From: an uncultured Candidatus Saccharibacteria bacterium
GTDB lineage: Bacteria; Patescibacteriota; Saccharimonadia; Saccharimonadales; JALRHH01
Assembly: GCA_964639295.1 (NCBI GenBank)
Contig: CAZXDT010000001.1
Span: 52,784-116,783, forward strand
Length of the DNA: 64,000 nucleotides
Direction of reading: 5' to 3'
The stretch's first letter is position 1. Every line of letters begins with the position of its first letter. This document shows positions 1 to 9,824 of this stretch, piece by piece. The translations under genes were made by a program, and so were the position numbers. The notes beneath the pieces are model-generated. The model made no database searches. It was not told where the DNA came from and was given only the letters and a program-made list of their open reading frames with translations.

Positions 1-791
1 TACCAAGCCAGTTTGATGCGAGTATTGTTGTTGATGCATCGACCATGACTTTATTCCAAAAGCTGACAGAGTCCGGACAACAAGGCTGGGTGGCGAGCAA
101 ACCTTGCATCGTAATCGACCACCATGCAGAAACAGACAATCTGATTCCATTTGCTACTGTTATGATAAACCAACCAGATAAATCATCGGCAGGTGAAGTT
201 ATTTATGGGCTTGCTAAGGAAATTAATTGGCCCCTAGATGTTACTTCAGCAGAATTTATCATGACAAGTATCCTTGCAGATACACAAGGTTTAGCCAACG
301 ACCTTACTGGAGCCGATACTTACCGTGTTATGGCAGAATTGGTAGATACAGGTGTTAACCGTCCTGCACTCGAGGAGCTCCGTCGAGCTCAGTCTAAGTT
401 TGCTCTAGAAATTTTCCGGTATAAAGCCACACTTATTGAACGTACTGAGTTCTATGCAGACAACAGGCTAGCTTTGGTCGTTATCCCCCAGGATGAAATC
501 AGTAAATACAGCCCACTTTACAACCCAAATGCCCTTATTCAAATGGAACAGCTCCAGACGCAAGATACACTCATATCTGTATCTATAAAACACTACGGGG
601 ATGGTAAAATTACGGCAGCTATCCGTTGTAACACTGCTGCACCAATAGCTGCAAAATTAGCCGAACACTTTGGTGGCGGTGGACACGAATATTCAGCCGG
701 TTTTAAAATCACTGATGGCCGAGACATAAACGCAATAAAACAAGAATGCGTGGCATTCACTACTGAACTACTACAGGGAATTGATTCATGA
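1..791 (+). CDS. nrnA: DHH/DHHA1 phosphoesterase (NrnA-like oligoribonuclease/pAp phosphatase), 5'-truncated by window edge
   Basis: VIDHH motif and C-terminal GGGGH; frame is open back to the window start. Confidence 0.8.
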   Translation, partial: PSQFDASIVVDASTMTLFQKLTESGQQGWVASKPCIVIDHHAETDNLIPFATVMINQPDKSSAGEVIYGLAKEINWPLDVTSAEFIMTSILADTQGLANDLTGADTYRVMAELVDTGVNRPALEELRRAQSKFALEIFRYKATLIERTEFYADNRLALVVIPQDEISKYSPLYNPNALIQMEQLQTQDTLISVSIKHYGDGKITAAIRCNTAAPIAAKLAEHFGGGGHEYSAGFKITDGRDINAIKQECVAFTTELLQGIDS

Positions 792-2188
792 AAGTTCAAA
801 ACACACTCACGAGATCACTTGATGAAATCAAGCCACTAGAAGGTAAAAAGATCGGATTATACACTTGTGGTCTGACTGTTTACAGCCAACCACACATTGG
901 TAACTGGGTTGCCTACATTTATTGGGATGTTCTGGTACGTACACTCAAAGATGCCGGATTTGATGTTACTCGCATTCAAAACATTACCGATGTTGGACAC
1001 CTGACTTCAGATGAAGATGCTGGTGAAGACAAGATGCTCAAAGGTGCACTCACAGAGGGTATAACAGCTTGGCAAGTTGCAAAAAAATATATAGCAATCG
1101 CCGATGACGAAGCCTATAACAAACTCGGCTTATTACGTCCGGACCACATGCCACGCGCAACTGAATATATCCCGCAGCAAATCGCATTCGTACAAGAGTT
1201 AGAGAAAAAAGGCTACACCTACGTCATTGCAGATGGCGTCTATTTTGATACTTCAAAACTTTCTAATTACGGCGAGTTAGCCCGACTAGATATTGACGGA
1301 TTACAGTTTGGTGCACGTGTCGCTGATACCGGCAAGAAGAACCCAACTGACTTTGCTGTATGGAAGTTCTCTGACCCTGCCGAAAAGCGCGATATGGAAT
1401 GGGAAAGCCCGTGGGGCAAAGGATTCCCAGGCTGGCACCTAGAATGTTCTGTTATGGCACGTGAACTACTGGGTGATCAAATTGACATCCACACTGGTGG
1501 AATAGACCACATCCCCGTACACCACACTAATGAAATAGCTCAGACGGAGGCAGTGACTGGTAAAAGGTTCAGTACTTACTGGATACATAATAACCACCTT
1601 AAAGTTGATGGTGAAAAGATGTCCAAATCACTGGGTAATATCTACACATTACAAGACATCATCGATAAGGGTTTCGACGTTGAAGCCTTTAAATTAACTA
1701 TCCTGGCCAAACATTATCGCACAGAAGGTAACTTTACCTGGGACATTCTAGAAGCCTCACAGAACCGTCTCAATGGATACCGAGCAATGGCAGACCAACA
1801 GTGGCAAGCTAATGAACAAGGAAAAGTGACTGATACTGAACTGCAGCAGGCAAAAAAGGCAATCCAAGAAGCTCTTCAAGACGACCTAAACACTGCTCAG
1901 ACACTAGCAATTCTTAGTCAAATTGAAGGCTCTATTGACAGTGGTGGTATTAGCACCGGTAGTCAAGGTTTATACCAAGATTTCTTAAAGTGGGTTGATA
2001 ACGCACTTGGGCTTACCCTAAGTAGCCGCTCTGACATCACTGAAGAACAGAAGATTTTAGTTAAAGAACGGCAAGAAGCTCGTGATGACCAAAACTGGGA
2101 AATAGCCGACCGCGTCCGTGACCAACTCCGCGACCAGGGTATAGAAATAAAAGACACATCCCGTGGCCAAATCTGGTCCCGAGTTTAA
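788..2188 (+). CDS. cysS: Cysteine--tRNA ligase
   Basis: YTCGLTVY, HIGN, GFPGWHLEC, KMSKS motifs. Confidence 0.97.
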   Translation: MKVQNTLTRSLDEIKPLEGKKIGLYTCGLTVYSQPHIGNWVAYIYWDVLVRTLKDAGFDVTRIQNITDVGHLTSDEDAGEDKMLKGALTEGITAWQVAKKYIAIADDEAYNKLGLLRPDHMPRATEYIPQQIAFVQELEKKGYTYVIADGVYFDTSKLSNYGELARLDIDGLQFGARVADTGKKNPTDFAVWKFSDPAEKRDMEWESPWGKGFPGWHLECSVMARELLGDQIDIHTGGIDHIPVHHTNEIAQTEAVTGKRFSTYWIHNNHLKVDGEKMSKSLGNIYTLQDIIDKGFDVEAFKLTILAKHYRTEGNFTWDILEASQNRLNGYRAMADQQWQANEQGKVTDTELQQAKKAIQEALQDDLNTAQTLAILSQIEGSIDSGGISTGSQGLYQDFLKWVDNALGLTLSSRSDITEEQKILVKERQEARDDQNWEIADRVRDQLRDQGIEIKDTSRGQIWSRV

Positions 2189-2213
2189 TCAGACCCCTAG
2201 ATAAAACTAAGCT

Positions 2214-3302
2214 TTATTGGCCGATAGCTGCTTCTTTGGCAGCTTGCTTGCTAATGTGACCATTTACTTCTAGCCAGTCGAGTATAAGAATACGTGCGCA
2301 GCCCGTAATTGGAATAGCCACGAGACCGCCCAGAAGGCCGCCGAAGCTCACACCAACAAGAACTGACATGAATACCATAAGTGGAGGCAAGTCGGTTGAG
2401 TTAGCCTGTACACGGGGCTGGATGAGGTAGTTCTCAATCTGCTGGTACAGGATGTAGTACGCCAAGATAATAAGTGCCGTAATTGGGGACTGGAACAAAG
2501 CAATTGTACTAACAATAATTGCGCCAATCGTGTGGCCAACCATAGGAATTAAGCCACATATAAACACAATCACCATGAGCGCAATAGGGTAACTAACCCC
2601 TAGAATTAACAGAGGTACAACTATCATAACCGCAGCAAGTGCTGCCAAGAATACTTGACCATTCACATAACCCTTAATGACGCGGTACATGGAGGTCGTA
2701 AGACGCTTAGCACGAGGCCGATCTTTACTAGGTACGAATTGGGAGCCAAACTTGAGCCAAGATGGTCCTTCAATCAACATCATAAATGTCATAACTAACA
2801 CAGCTAGTAGAGAGAATAAGCTACTACTAATCTTTCCAAAGGTTGATACAGCCCCTCCACCGATGTTGTCGAGACGACTTGAGAGCTGGTGCGATAGTTT
2901 ATCAGTTTGGTCTTCTAGATTGTACTTACGTACAAAACGACCAAGCGATGTGTCATCACTTCTTAGGTCATCAACTAAGCTAGGAACGGAACTAATAAAG
3001 TTAGAGGTCTGTTTAACAAGTGGTGGAACAATGCTTGCCAGGAAACCAATCAGAAATAGCACAACGAGCAAGAAAGCTGTTGCAGTGCCAAGTTTACGAC
3101 TACCACGGCGTTTGCCAGGAAGATGCTCTGCAATCCAGTGGACGGGCGCGTTAAGGGCCAATGCTAGGAACACGGCGGTAAAAATAAGTATGAGGGAATG
3201 GGTAGCCTTGCTCAGTGCTCCAACGAACAGACTGGCAAGCACGACCATTGCGATGACACGTAGTATCGTGCGGTTGGAAATAGTTACTTCTACTTTACTC
3301 AT
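2214..3302 (-). CDS. AI-2E family transporter
   Basis: Multi-TM protein with YQQIENYLIQP and GGLLGGLVAIP signatures; start moved to Met13, which overlaps the upstream stop. Confidence 0.85.
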   Translation of the reverse strand: MSKVEVTISNRTILRVIAMVVLASLFVGALSKATHSLILIFTAVFLALALNAPVHWIAEHLPGKRRGSRKLGTATAFLLVVLFLIGFLASIVPPLVKQTSNFISSVPSLVDDLRSDDTSLGRFVRKYNLEDQTDKLSHQLSSRLDNIGGGAVSTFGKISSSLFSLLAVLVMTFMMLIEGPSWLKFGSQFVPSKDRPRAKRLTTSMYRVIKGYVNGQVFLAALAAVMIVVPLLILGVSYPIALMVIVFICGLIPMVGHTIGAIIVSTIALFQSPITALIILAYYILYQQIENYLIQPRVQANSTDLPPLMVFMSVLVGVSFGGLLGGLVAIPITGCARILILDWLEVNGHISKQAAKEAAIGQ

Positions 3303-4446
3303 TATGGGTATTATCCTGCGTTCCTGCCCGTTTGGCAATTATCTTTTCATAGATCTGTACTAATTCTGGACCAACTGTAGCGATATCATACTGACTAATT
3401 GCGGCTTGCTGCTCTGTATGTAAGCGTTCTCGTAAAGTAATATCCGTGATCATTTGTTCCAGACACTCTGCAAAAACTTCTGTGTTCATGGGGTCAATTA
3501 ATGTCTCTGGCCATGGTGCTAAAACGCTAGAGTAGCCAGGGTTATTACCACCCAGCACTACGCCGGCTCGGGCTGCCATAGCTTCTAGTAGTACAATACC
3601 GAAACTCTCGCCACTGATGCTTGGGAAAATGGCAATATCGGCAGCACCGAGAATGCTTGGCTTGTCTTCCTCTGGCACAAAGCCGCTAAACGTTACAATA
3701 TCATCTATTTTGGCTGATTGAGCATACTTTTCTAGCTCTGGCAGGAGCGGACCTTTACCGGCTACAACAACTTCAAGTGTATCTCTAGTTGCCTGAGGTA
3801 GTGCTGCGACTGCCTGCAATAATTGCAGCGCACCTTTCCGCAGTACAAGGCGACCAAGGAATACAATGCGAGTCTTACCTGGTGTTGTCACGGGCTTACT
3901 GTTCTTTTGATACCAAGCAAGGTCAACAACATTAGGTAGTACATCTGCTGTCACCCCAAGGCTTTTCTTAGTAAAATCAACCGCTGGAGGTGATACTGCA
4001 AGCACCTTATCAAAACGTTTGACACTAGGACGAAGTAGCTTACCTAGTAGCTGTGTCCCGAGCGACTCCTTCCAGGTATAAGGCAGGATATGAAATGTTC
4101 CAATAATGCCAGTACGTGGTCCAGCCTCCAAGACAATATGCTGTGCCATAAATGGATGATGGGGCATTTGAACATGCAAGATATCAAACTGCTGCTCCTG
4201 CAGAAACTTTCGTAATTTACGACGACTCGCCCAAACGGGGATTGTTGTTCTGTTTCCGTTGAATTTGACAGTTATATTCCGACATAAGCTGTGAATATTA
4301 GGTATGTCGCGGTGTTCAGTCTGCCCAACTAGGTAGTGCACGTCATGACCCTGAGCTGTAAGCCATTCACCAACACGTAGAACATACTGCTGCACACCGT
4401 CGTTTGGATCAAGTGACGTATCAAGTACGAAACCGATTTTAGCCAT
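3295..4446 (-). CDS. GT4 glycosyltransferase (PimA-like)
   Basis: GVQ N-terminal loop, GRLVLRKG, ESFGIVLLEAMA; start re-called at MAKIG. Confidence 0.9.
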   Translation of the reverse strand: MAKIGFVLDTSLDPNDGVQQYVLRVGEWLTAQGHDVHYLVGQTEHRDIPNIHSLCRNITVKFNGNRTTIPVWASRRKLRKFLQEQQFDILHVQMPHHPFMAQHIVLEAGPRTGIIGTFHILPYTWKESLGTQLLGKLLRPSVKRFDKVLAVSPPAVDFTKKSLGVTADVLPNVVDLAWYQKNSKPVTTPGKTRIVFLGRLVLRKGALQLLQAVAALPQATRDTLEVVVAGKGPLLPELEKYAQSAKIDDIVTFSGFVPEEDKPSILGAADIAIFPSISGESFGIVLLEAMAARAGVVLGGNNPGYSSVLAPWPETLIDPMNTEVFAECLEQMITDITLRERLHTEQQAAISQYDIATVGPELVQIYEKIIAKRAGTQDNTHNE

Positions 4447-5560
4447 GGTTTCTTTCGTTATATAGCTTTGTGTAGAGCACTTCGTACTGATCCACAATGT
4501 TTTTGTAATTAAACTGTTGTACGTAGTCATGTGCCCAGGCATTCCAAGTCTTTCGGAGGCCTTCATCGTTCAAAAGCATATGGAGTCGGCGGGCAAAATC
4601 GTCAGTGTGGCGTGGGTCTATAAGTGACAATTCACCACGTCCTTGCATAACGCCTGCATAACCAGGGTTATCACCAGCAACTACAGGTGTACCGGATGCC
4701 ATTGCTTCAAGAAGTACGATACCGAAACTCTCGCCGTATAGAGCAGGGGCACAAAAGACTGTTGATGACTGCATGAGGCGTAGTTTTTCAGTTTCTTCAA
4801 CAAATCCCAAAAACTCAATATTTTTGAGACCTAGGTCGAAGGCAAGTTCCTCAAGTTTCTCGCGGTCTGGGCCGTCACCACCGATTATAAGCCGTACATC
4901 TGGCATCATCGCTTGCAAGACCGCAAATGCACGGAGTAAGTATTTAACACCTTTTCGCTTCTCTAAGCGGCCTATGTAAAATACGGTTGGTTGCTCAACT
5001 TTGCTTGATGGTAGAGGTTTGTATTTCGTAAGGTCGATGCCGTTAGAAATAAGGTTAATCGGTTCATCTGTCAGTTTACGAACGTACTCTGCACCCGCAT
5101 CGGATACTGCCGTCAGTGCATCAAATGATTTAAGAATGCCTTTGGTATAGGGAGTGATCACTTTTTCAATAGTTTTGCTCATTCTGGTATCGGGCAGCTT
5201 GGCATGAAATGTACCTATGTTTATAGCATCACTTTGAGCAAGAATCTGGCGACCAATGATCGGGATCCATGGTTCATGGAAGTTCAAAATATCAAATTTT
5301 TCGACTGCCAATGTCTCGGCCATTCGTTCACTGTTGCCGGCGGATACTTGCACCGTTGTGTGTAGCCACGACTTCATATCCCGAGAAGCGCCCATAAAGA
5401 TAACATTCTCCGGTGCAGCACCAGTATATAGACGAGGTTGAGGCGTAATAATCTTGACCACATGGCCACGCTTAATCAGCTCCGCTTGCAGGGCGAGCAC
5501 ACATTCCTGCACGCCACCGCCTTTGAATATGTTATACGGCGATATCAAGCCAATTTTCAT
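4439..5560 (-). CDS. GT4 glycosyltransferase (PimA-like)
   Basis: GGVQ, HEP, GRLEKRKG, ESFGIVLLEAMASG. Confidence 0.9.
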   Translation of the reverse strand: MKIGLISPYNIFKGGGVQECVLALQAELIKRGHVVKIITPQPRLYTGAAPENVIFMGASRDMKSWLHTTVQVSAGNSERMAETLAVEKFDILNFHEPWIPIIGRQILAQSDAINIGTFHAKLPDTRMSKTIEKVITPYTKGILKSFDALTAVSDAGAEYVRKLTDEPINLISNGIDLTKYKPLPSSKVEQPTVFYIGRLEKRKGVKYLLRAFAVLQAMMPDVRLIIGGDGPDREKLEELAFDLGLKNIEFLGFVEETEKLRLMQSSTVFCAPALYGESFGIVLLEAMASGTPVVAGDNPGYAGVMQGRGELSLIDPRHTDDFARRLHMLLNDEGLRKTWNAWAHDYVQQFNYKNIVDQYEVLYTKLYNERNHG

Positions 5561-5608
5561 TAGATACAGTATACCAAACTAGAGGTATAAAGTATCCTAT
5601 CAGGTCTA

Positions 5609-6241
5609 CTATTGTTGACCTGATAGCAAAGTGCCTGCGCGTCCGGTATAAACCTGGCGACTAACAATAGCAATCCTATTATTTTTTGACGCACCACCAA
5701 CTGACAACTTACCGAGTAGCTTGAGTTTTTGATATACCTTGTTTTCTTCACTTGTGAGTTGGGCGTACTTTGATTCAAGTTTTTCCCTCATCGCTTGTAG
5801 GTCTGGATTCGTAGCGTCTTTGTCTAATTTTTCAAATTTCATCAGAGTTACGGGGTGTTCCAGTATATCCGTAACGAGATCCATAAGCTCTACGTGGGTT
5901 GTTTTGTCCGTCTCAGATGCGGTGAGCACATTGCCTTGTAAATCCATTCTTAGTTCGGTCGCACCGTGAGCATCAATGTCATATTGGGTGTGTGTTTTGT
6001 TGTCGCTTACATGCCATACGATTCCACCCACCTCAGATAGGCTCGTCTCTAGTGTTACTATTCGAGGAATGACAGAATTTGGGTCTTTTACAGACTGATG
6101 TTGGACCTCGCGCAGCAAGCCACCATCTGTCAATTCAAGCTGTACGAGATTTTTTGAAACGTCGTCCAATTGATCCGACCATGTTGCCACAAACTGTTCA
6201 GTCATATCCATAAAGATAGTTGGGCTAGATTCACGTGACAT
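5609..6241 (-). CDS. Hypothetical protein
   Basis: 210-aa ORF filling the intergenic space; upstream TACAAT box. Confidence 0.6.
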   Translation of the reverse strand: MSRESSPTIFMDMTEQFVATWSDQLDDVSKNLVQLELTDGGLLREVQHQSVKDPNSVIPRIVTLETSLSEVGGIVWHVSDNKTHTQYDIDAHGATELRMDLQGNVLTASETDKTTHVELMDLVTDILEHPVTLMKFEKLDKDATNPDLQAMREKLESKYAQLTSEENKVYQKLKLLGKLSVGGASKNNRIAIVSRQVYTGRAGTLLSGQQ

Positions 6242-6305
6242 ATTGCCAGCAATTGTACAGTATCTGTTTATGCCTTCAAATCATAAGAATTTTGTAGTTA
6301 CTAGT

Positions 6306-7232
6306 TTACTTCGAGAGTAGGGCACGGATTTCTTTGGGGATGATTGGGGCTGCTTCTTCCTTAGTAGCAATGACACTTGGAGCATGATTATGTAGGTCTG
6401 ACACGGCAAGATTAAAGTCTGTGAATATTACACGCATATGCTGCTCAACGCTGTTGTTGTCAAAGTACTTATCGCCTTTAACCGCAACATGCCACACTGG
6501 TAGCGCTACTTTTTTCTGGCAATTATCCACTGTAAGCATCTCAACTGTCGTAAACATGTGTGTCTGAGGTTCGTTAGCCTGCCAAAGGTGTACTTCAAAA
6601 TCCATCAATTTTTTAAATTCTTTTTTATCTGCGCCTTCAAATTTATGTTTGGCATTATGTGTCCGCGCATAGACTGAACGAAGTAATAATGGGTTTAGCC
6701 CTACGTTTTTGAAGATAATAGACGGTAGCTTGTAGGATAAGAACCGTGATGCCCCCACATACGCCTTGTAACGCTTTGGTGTGAACATAAAGTCGTCCTT
6801 GTGCGCAAAACCCGCAAGACTTACTACCAAATCAACTTTGTCTACGAGGTCAGGGTAGCGTTGCAGCATTCGTGTCGCAACAATAAACCCGTATGACAGA
6901 CCAGCAATTGAAAATCGGCGGCGTTTGTAGTGCATTTTAACAAATGCAGCCAAGTAGTCAGCCATTGCATCAAGCGTCGGCTTTTGTCCAATTGTATAGA
7001 AGCTATCCATACCACCAAATCCAGGTAAATCTGGCATAGTAATTGCACCATACTGATTCAAATCTTGTACGAGACCCCACCAACGCTCAAGTGTTGAATG
7101 ATGGCCGTACACAAATAGTATCTCTCGCTTATGGTCAGCAGGGGCGGGCATACGCAACATGCGACCATTGAGGCCGTTAATATATAACGGAACTATATAA
7201 TCGCCCGGATTATCGGATATTTTGTTTGCCAT
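6306..7232 (-). CDS. Alpha/beta hydrolase
   Basis: DLPGFGG, GLSYG nucleophile elbow, C-terminal His. Confidence 0.85.
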   Translation of the reverse strand: MANKISDNPGDYIVPLYINGLNGRMLRMPAPADHKREILFVYGHHSTLERWWGLVQDLNQYGAITMPDLPGFGGMDSFYTIGQKPTLDAMADYLAAFVKMHYKRRRFSIAGLSYGFIVATRMLQRYPDLVDKVDLVVSLAGFAHKDDFMFTPKRYKAYVGASRFLSYKLPSIIFKNVGLNPLLLRSVYARTHNAKHKFEGADKKEFKKLMDFEVHLWQANEPQTHMFTTVEMLTVDNCQKKVALPVWHVAVKGDKYFDNNSVEQHMRVIFTDFNLAVSDLHNHAPSVIATKEEAAPIIPKEIRALLSK

Positions 7233-7265
7233 TAGCCTCTATTGTAATACATTTCCAGAGAAGAA

Positions 7266-8516
7266 CTAGAGAAATCGGGGTTTAAATCGCCACAATGCAG
7301 GTGGCTTCTCAATACTACTATTTAGAAGTCCCGGCGAGTCGACTTGTATTCGGCCAAAGTTACCTTTGATAATGCCGACTTGTGTACCGTGAGGGATGGT
7401 TTTCTGTGGAACCGGGATCGTATCAAGCGTTATTTCAGGTTTGATAGGGCTGCCGCGCCATACCACGCCCTTAACATCTTGTTTTGCCGCTACTTGAACG
7501 GAGCCTCCCCACGGCACCGCATATGTTCCAACTGTTTGATTGGCTTTGACGAGTGTCGTTTCTTCGAACCCATTAAACACAGAATTTATCAGTGGTATAG
7601 AATTTCTCAATGCTTCACTCAGGTTACTTGCGCCCATAATGACACTAACTGCTACAATCTTTTGGCCTCCGATGATGCGTTCTGCAGCTGCCATAAAACA
7701 GCCCCCAGCTTGTTCGGTGTTGCCAGTCTTTACGCCAACTATCCCGTCACGACCTAGAAGCATATTAACGTTATAGATCCGACCCGCAACGGGTATGGTT
7801 GCCTCCTGTTGAGCAGCGATCTCTGCTATCACGGGATTATCCATGGCATTCACAGCCAAACGAGCGAGATCCTCAGAACTTGCTGCAGTTTTGGGTGAGT
7901 AGCCACTTGCATCTTCAAAATGTGCATTACTCATACCAAGTGTCTTAGACAAACTATTCACATAGGCGGTGTACTGCTTTTCTGAGCCGTAAGCCCAGAC
8001 AGCTAAAGTGTGCGCCATGTTGTTCGCAGAAGGCAGGAGAAGGGCTTGGAGTGCTTCATATTCTGTAATTTCTTCTCCTATGACAACGGGTACATTAGAA
8101 CCATCTTCTGAGACAACCTTCTGATAGTAATCAACGTCGTCTTGAGTGATTGTAATGATTGGACCTTTTTCACCTACTTTTAGTGGCTTTTGCTTGAGTA
8201 CCGCAAGAGCAGTCATGACTTTAGCAACACTTGCTGTTGGGAGTGCCTTTTGTTCACCGTATGTCCCAAGTACTCCATACCCAACGGCGCCTACTGCAGC
8301 CTGGCCGTGGTTAGGCCACTTGAAGGTAATACTCTTTGCAGTTAGTGGGGCAATAGCATCAGCCTTGCCTGTAATAGCAGGTACAGAGCGGCCAAAGGAG
8401 CTTGCGATATACACAATAACGACCAACACAATAACAAGTCGTAAGCCACGTCTGCGGCCACGCTTCTGTTTTGGATGTTTTACTCCCTTAAAATCCCGTG
8501 GTTCCACTACCCTCAT
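7266..8516 (-). CDS. D-alanyl-D-alanine carboxypeptidase (peptidase S11)
   Basis: SVAK, SAN, KTG motifs; N-terminal TM anchor. Confidence 0.9.
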   Translation of the reverse strand: MRVVEPRDFKGVKHPKQKRGRRRGLRLVIVLVVIVYIASSFGRSVPAITGKADAIAPLTAKSITFKWPNHGQAAVGAVGYGVLGTYGEQKALPTASVAKVMTALAVLKQKPLKVGEKGPIITITQDDVDYYQKVVSEDGSNVPVVIGEEITEYEALQALLLPSANNMAHTLAVWAYGSEKQYTAYVNSLSKTLGMSNAHFEDASGYSPKTAASSEDLARLAVNAMDNPVIAEIAAQQEATIPVAGRIYNVNMLLGRDGIVGVKTGNTEQAGGCFMAAAERIIGGQKIVAVSVIMGASNLSEALRNSIPLINSVFNGFEETTLVKANQTVGTYAVPWGGSVQVAAKQDVKGVVWRGSPIKPEITLDTIPVPQKTIPHGTQVGIIKGNFGRIQVDSPGLLNSSIEKPPALWRFKPRFL

Positions 8517-8615
8517 ATATTGAGTTCATTATACCGAACATAAGCATATTGTGCCTAGATTGTTTTATTCCGACTTTTACGCTAGAATCTATCTGTTAAT
8601 CCTCTATATAAATAT

Positions 8616-8940
8616 TGGGGCGTGGCCAAGTGGTAAGGCACCAGTACTCCACCCCACGAAACAGGTTTCGCGGGGACCCCGGTTTGGTACTGGCATTCGG
8701 GGTGAAGATTACCTGTGGTAATCTGCAAGGGAACCTTCTGATGAAAACTTGTTTTCAATAATGAAGTTCCGGGCTCGCTGAAAGCGAGTCGAATCCCGTA
8801 TAATTAACATGATTCTGTTCTATCTTCTGGCTCATTGGGGCGTGGCCAAGTGGTAAGGCACCAGTTTTTGGTACTGGCATTCGGGGGTTCGAATCCCTCC
8901 GCCCCAGCCAGAAGAGAGCACAGAATCCCTCCGCCCAGCC
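8616..8940 (+). pseudogene. Interrupted tRNA-Gln copy (two hairpin inserts, encloses the intact tRNA-Gln)
   Basis: 8616-8645 identical to tRNA-Gln 5' part; TTTGGTACTGGCATTCGGGGT at 8683-8703; TCGAATCCC at 8789-8797; 3' end GAATCCCTCCGCCCAGCC at 8923-8940. Confidence 0.75.
8836..8910 (+). tRNA. tRNA-Gln(TTG)
   Basis: Cloverleaf TGGGGCG/CGCCCCA, anticodon stem CCAGT/ACTGG with TTG, GGTTCGAATCC, encoded CCA. Confidence 0.97.
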
Positions 8941-8974
8941 GAAAACTATCTATCAATCAAATCTCTCGTTCTTA

Positions 8975-9041
8975 TAGTTCGCATCTATTAGGGGGAGCCA
9001 TAAGCATTTTGACCTCTGTTTAGGCAGAGGTTTTTGTTTTG
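8975..9041 (+). repeat. Cassette-delimiting repeat A (tRNA-3'-end mimic + terminator)
   Basis: TAGTTCGCATCTATTAGGGGGAGCCA-TAAGCATTTT-GACCTCTG..CAGAGGTT-T tract. Confidence 0.9.
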
Positions 9042-9103
9042 GTTATGCTTGCAAATGACTAAAATGAGAGTATAAATAGTTTCTAAATTGAGGAGGCATA
9101 AAT

Positions 9104-9403
9104 ATGACTGAGCGTAGCGGTGAAAAGTTATCACTTAGAGAAGAAATTGTTGACGGTGCACGTGCACTAGGCGAGTTTGCTGTATATCTAGCTAAAAAAG
9201 TAGCAGGTGTACCTATGCCCCCAGATCCAGCAGAAGGACGTATCTACATTCCTGGAGACGGCAGGACACCATTACCAGCCACAGATTCTCCAAAGACCGA
9301 AGCAGAATGGGCAGCCATTTTAGGTGGTGATTTAGGCGAATTTGCTAATGACTACGAAGATGACCCGGAAGATGCCTGGGCGGAGCTCAGAAAGCAGATT
9401 TAG
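9104..9403 (+). CDS. Hypothetical protein (cassette)
   Basis: GAGGAGG RBS; TAG stop is the first 3 nt of repeat B. Confidence 0.7.
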   Translation: MTERSGEKLSLREEIVDGARALGEFAVYLAKKVAGVPMPPDPAEGRIYIPGDGRTPLPATDSPKTEAEWAAILGGDLGEFANDYEDDPEDAWAELRKQI

Positions 9404-9470
9404 TTCGGAAGTCGTTTATTAGTGGGAGCCAAGCATAAGCACTTTGTAAGAGCAAAGTGTTTTTGTTTTG
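9401..9470 (+). repeat. Cassette-delimiting repeat B
   Basis: TAGTTCGGAAGTCGTTTATTAGTGGGAGCCA + GCACTTTG..CAAAGTGT hairpin + T tract. Confidence 0.9.
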
Positions 9471-9484
9471 GTACAATAGTCTCA

Positions 9485-9730
9485 ATGAAGAGAGTAATCC
9501 TGTTCACATATTTCATACTCAGTATTACTACTATTAGTGCTTGGCTAATTTGGAGCACAGCTAGAAATGCATGTGACGGCTTCTTTAATGGTGGACATGC
9601 TGTAATTTGCTATCCGGATGATCAGACACAACTTGGAATCGTACTATACGGTATTTTCATAGGTATTGTGTTTACTGGTGTGTCTTTGCTCGTGATGAAG
9701 TTGCTTGGTTTTAGTCTTACGAGAAAGTAA
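9485..9730 (+). CDS. Small two-TM membrane protein (cassette)
   Basis: MKRVILF start just after TGGTACAAT; two hydrophobic helices with a Cys pair. Confidence 0.65.
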   Translation: MKRVILFTYFILSITTISAWLIWSTARNACDGFFNGGHAVICYPDDQTQLGIVLYGIFIGIVFTGVSLLVMKLLGFSLTRK

Positions 9731-9738
9731 CTTCATGT

Positions 9739-9809
9739 GTTCTAACCTCATCCACTAGGAGGAGCCATAAGCATAAGCACTTTGCGATAGCAAAGTGTTT
9801 TTGTCTTGA
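9739..9809 (+). repeat. Cassette-delimiting repeat C
   Basis: GTTCTAACCTCATCCACTAGGAGGAGCCA + TAAGCATAAGCACTTTGC..GCAAAGTGT + T tract. Confidence 0.85.
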
Positions 9810-9824
9810 TGATAAAATACAGTC

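Noticed and set aside
2677-3363. Long antisense ORFs (also 31385..31939, 45808..46356, 7344..7757, 42553..43002)
   Set aside because: Shadows of better-supported genes on the opposite strand, with no motifs.
8646-8788. Group I/II intron in tRNA-Gln
   Set aside because: Inserts of about 36 and 85 nt are too short and show no recognisable catalytic core.
8835-9023. 62-aa ORF (also 35415..35654)
   Set aside because: Spurious translations across tRNA genes.
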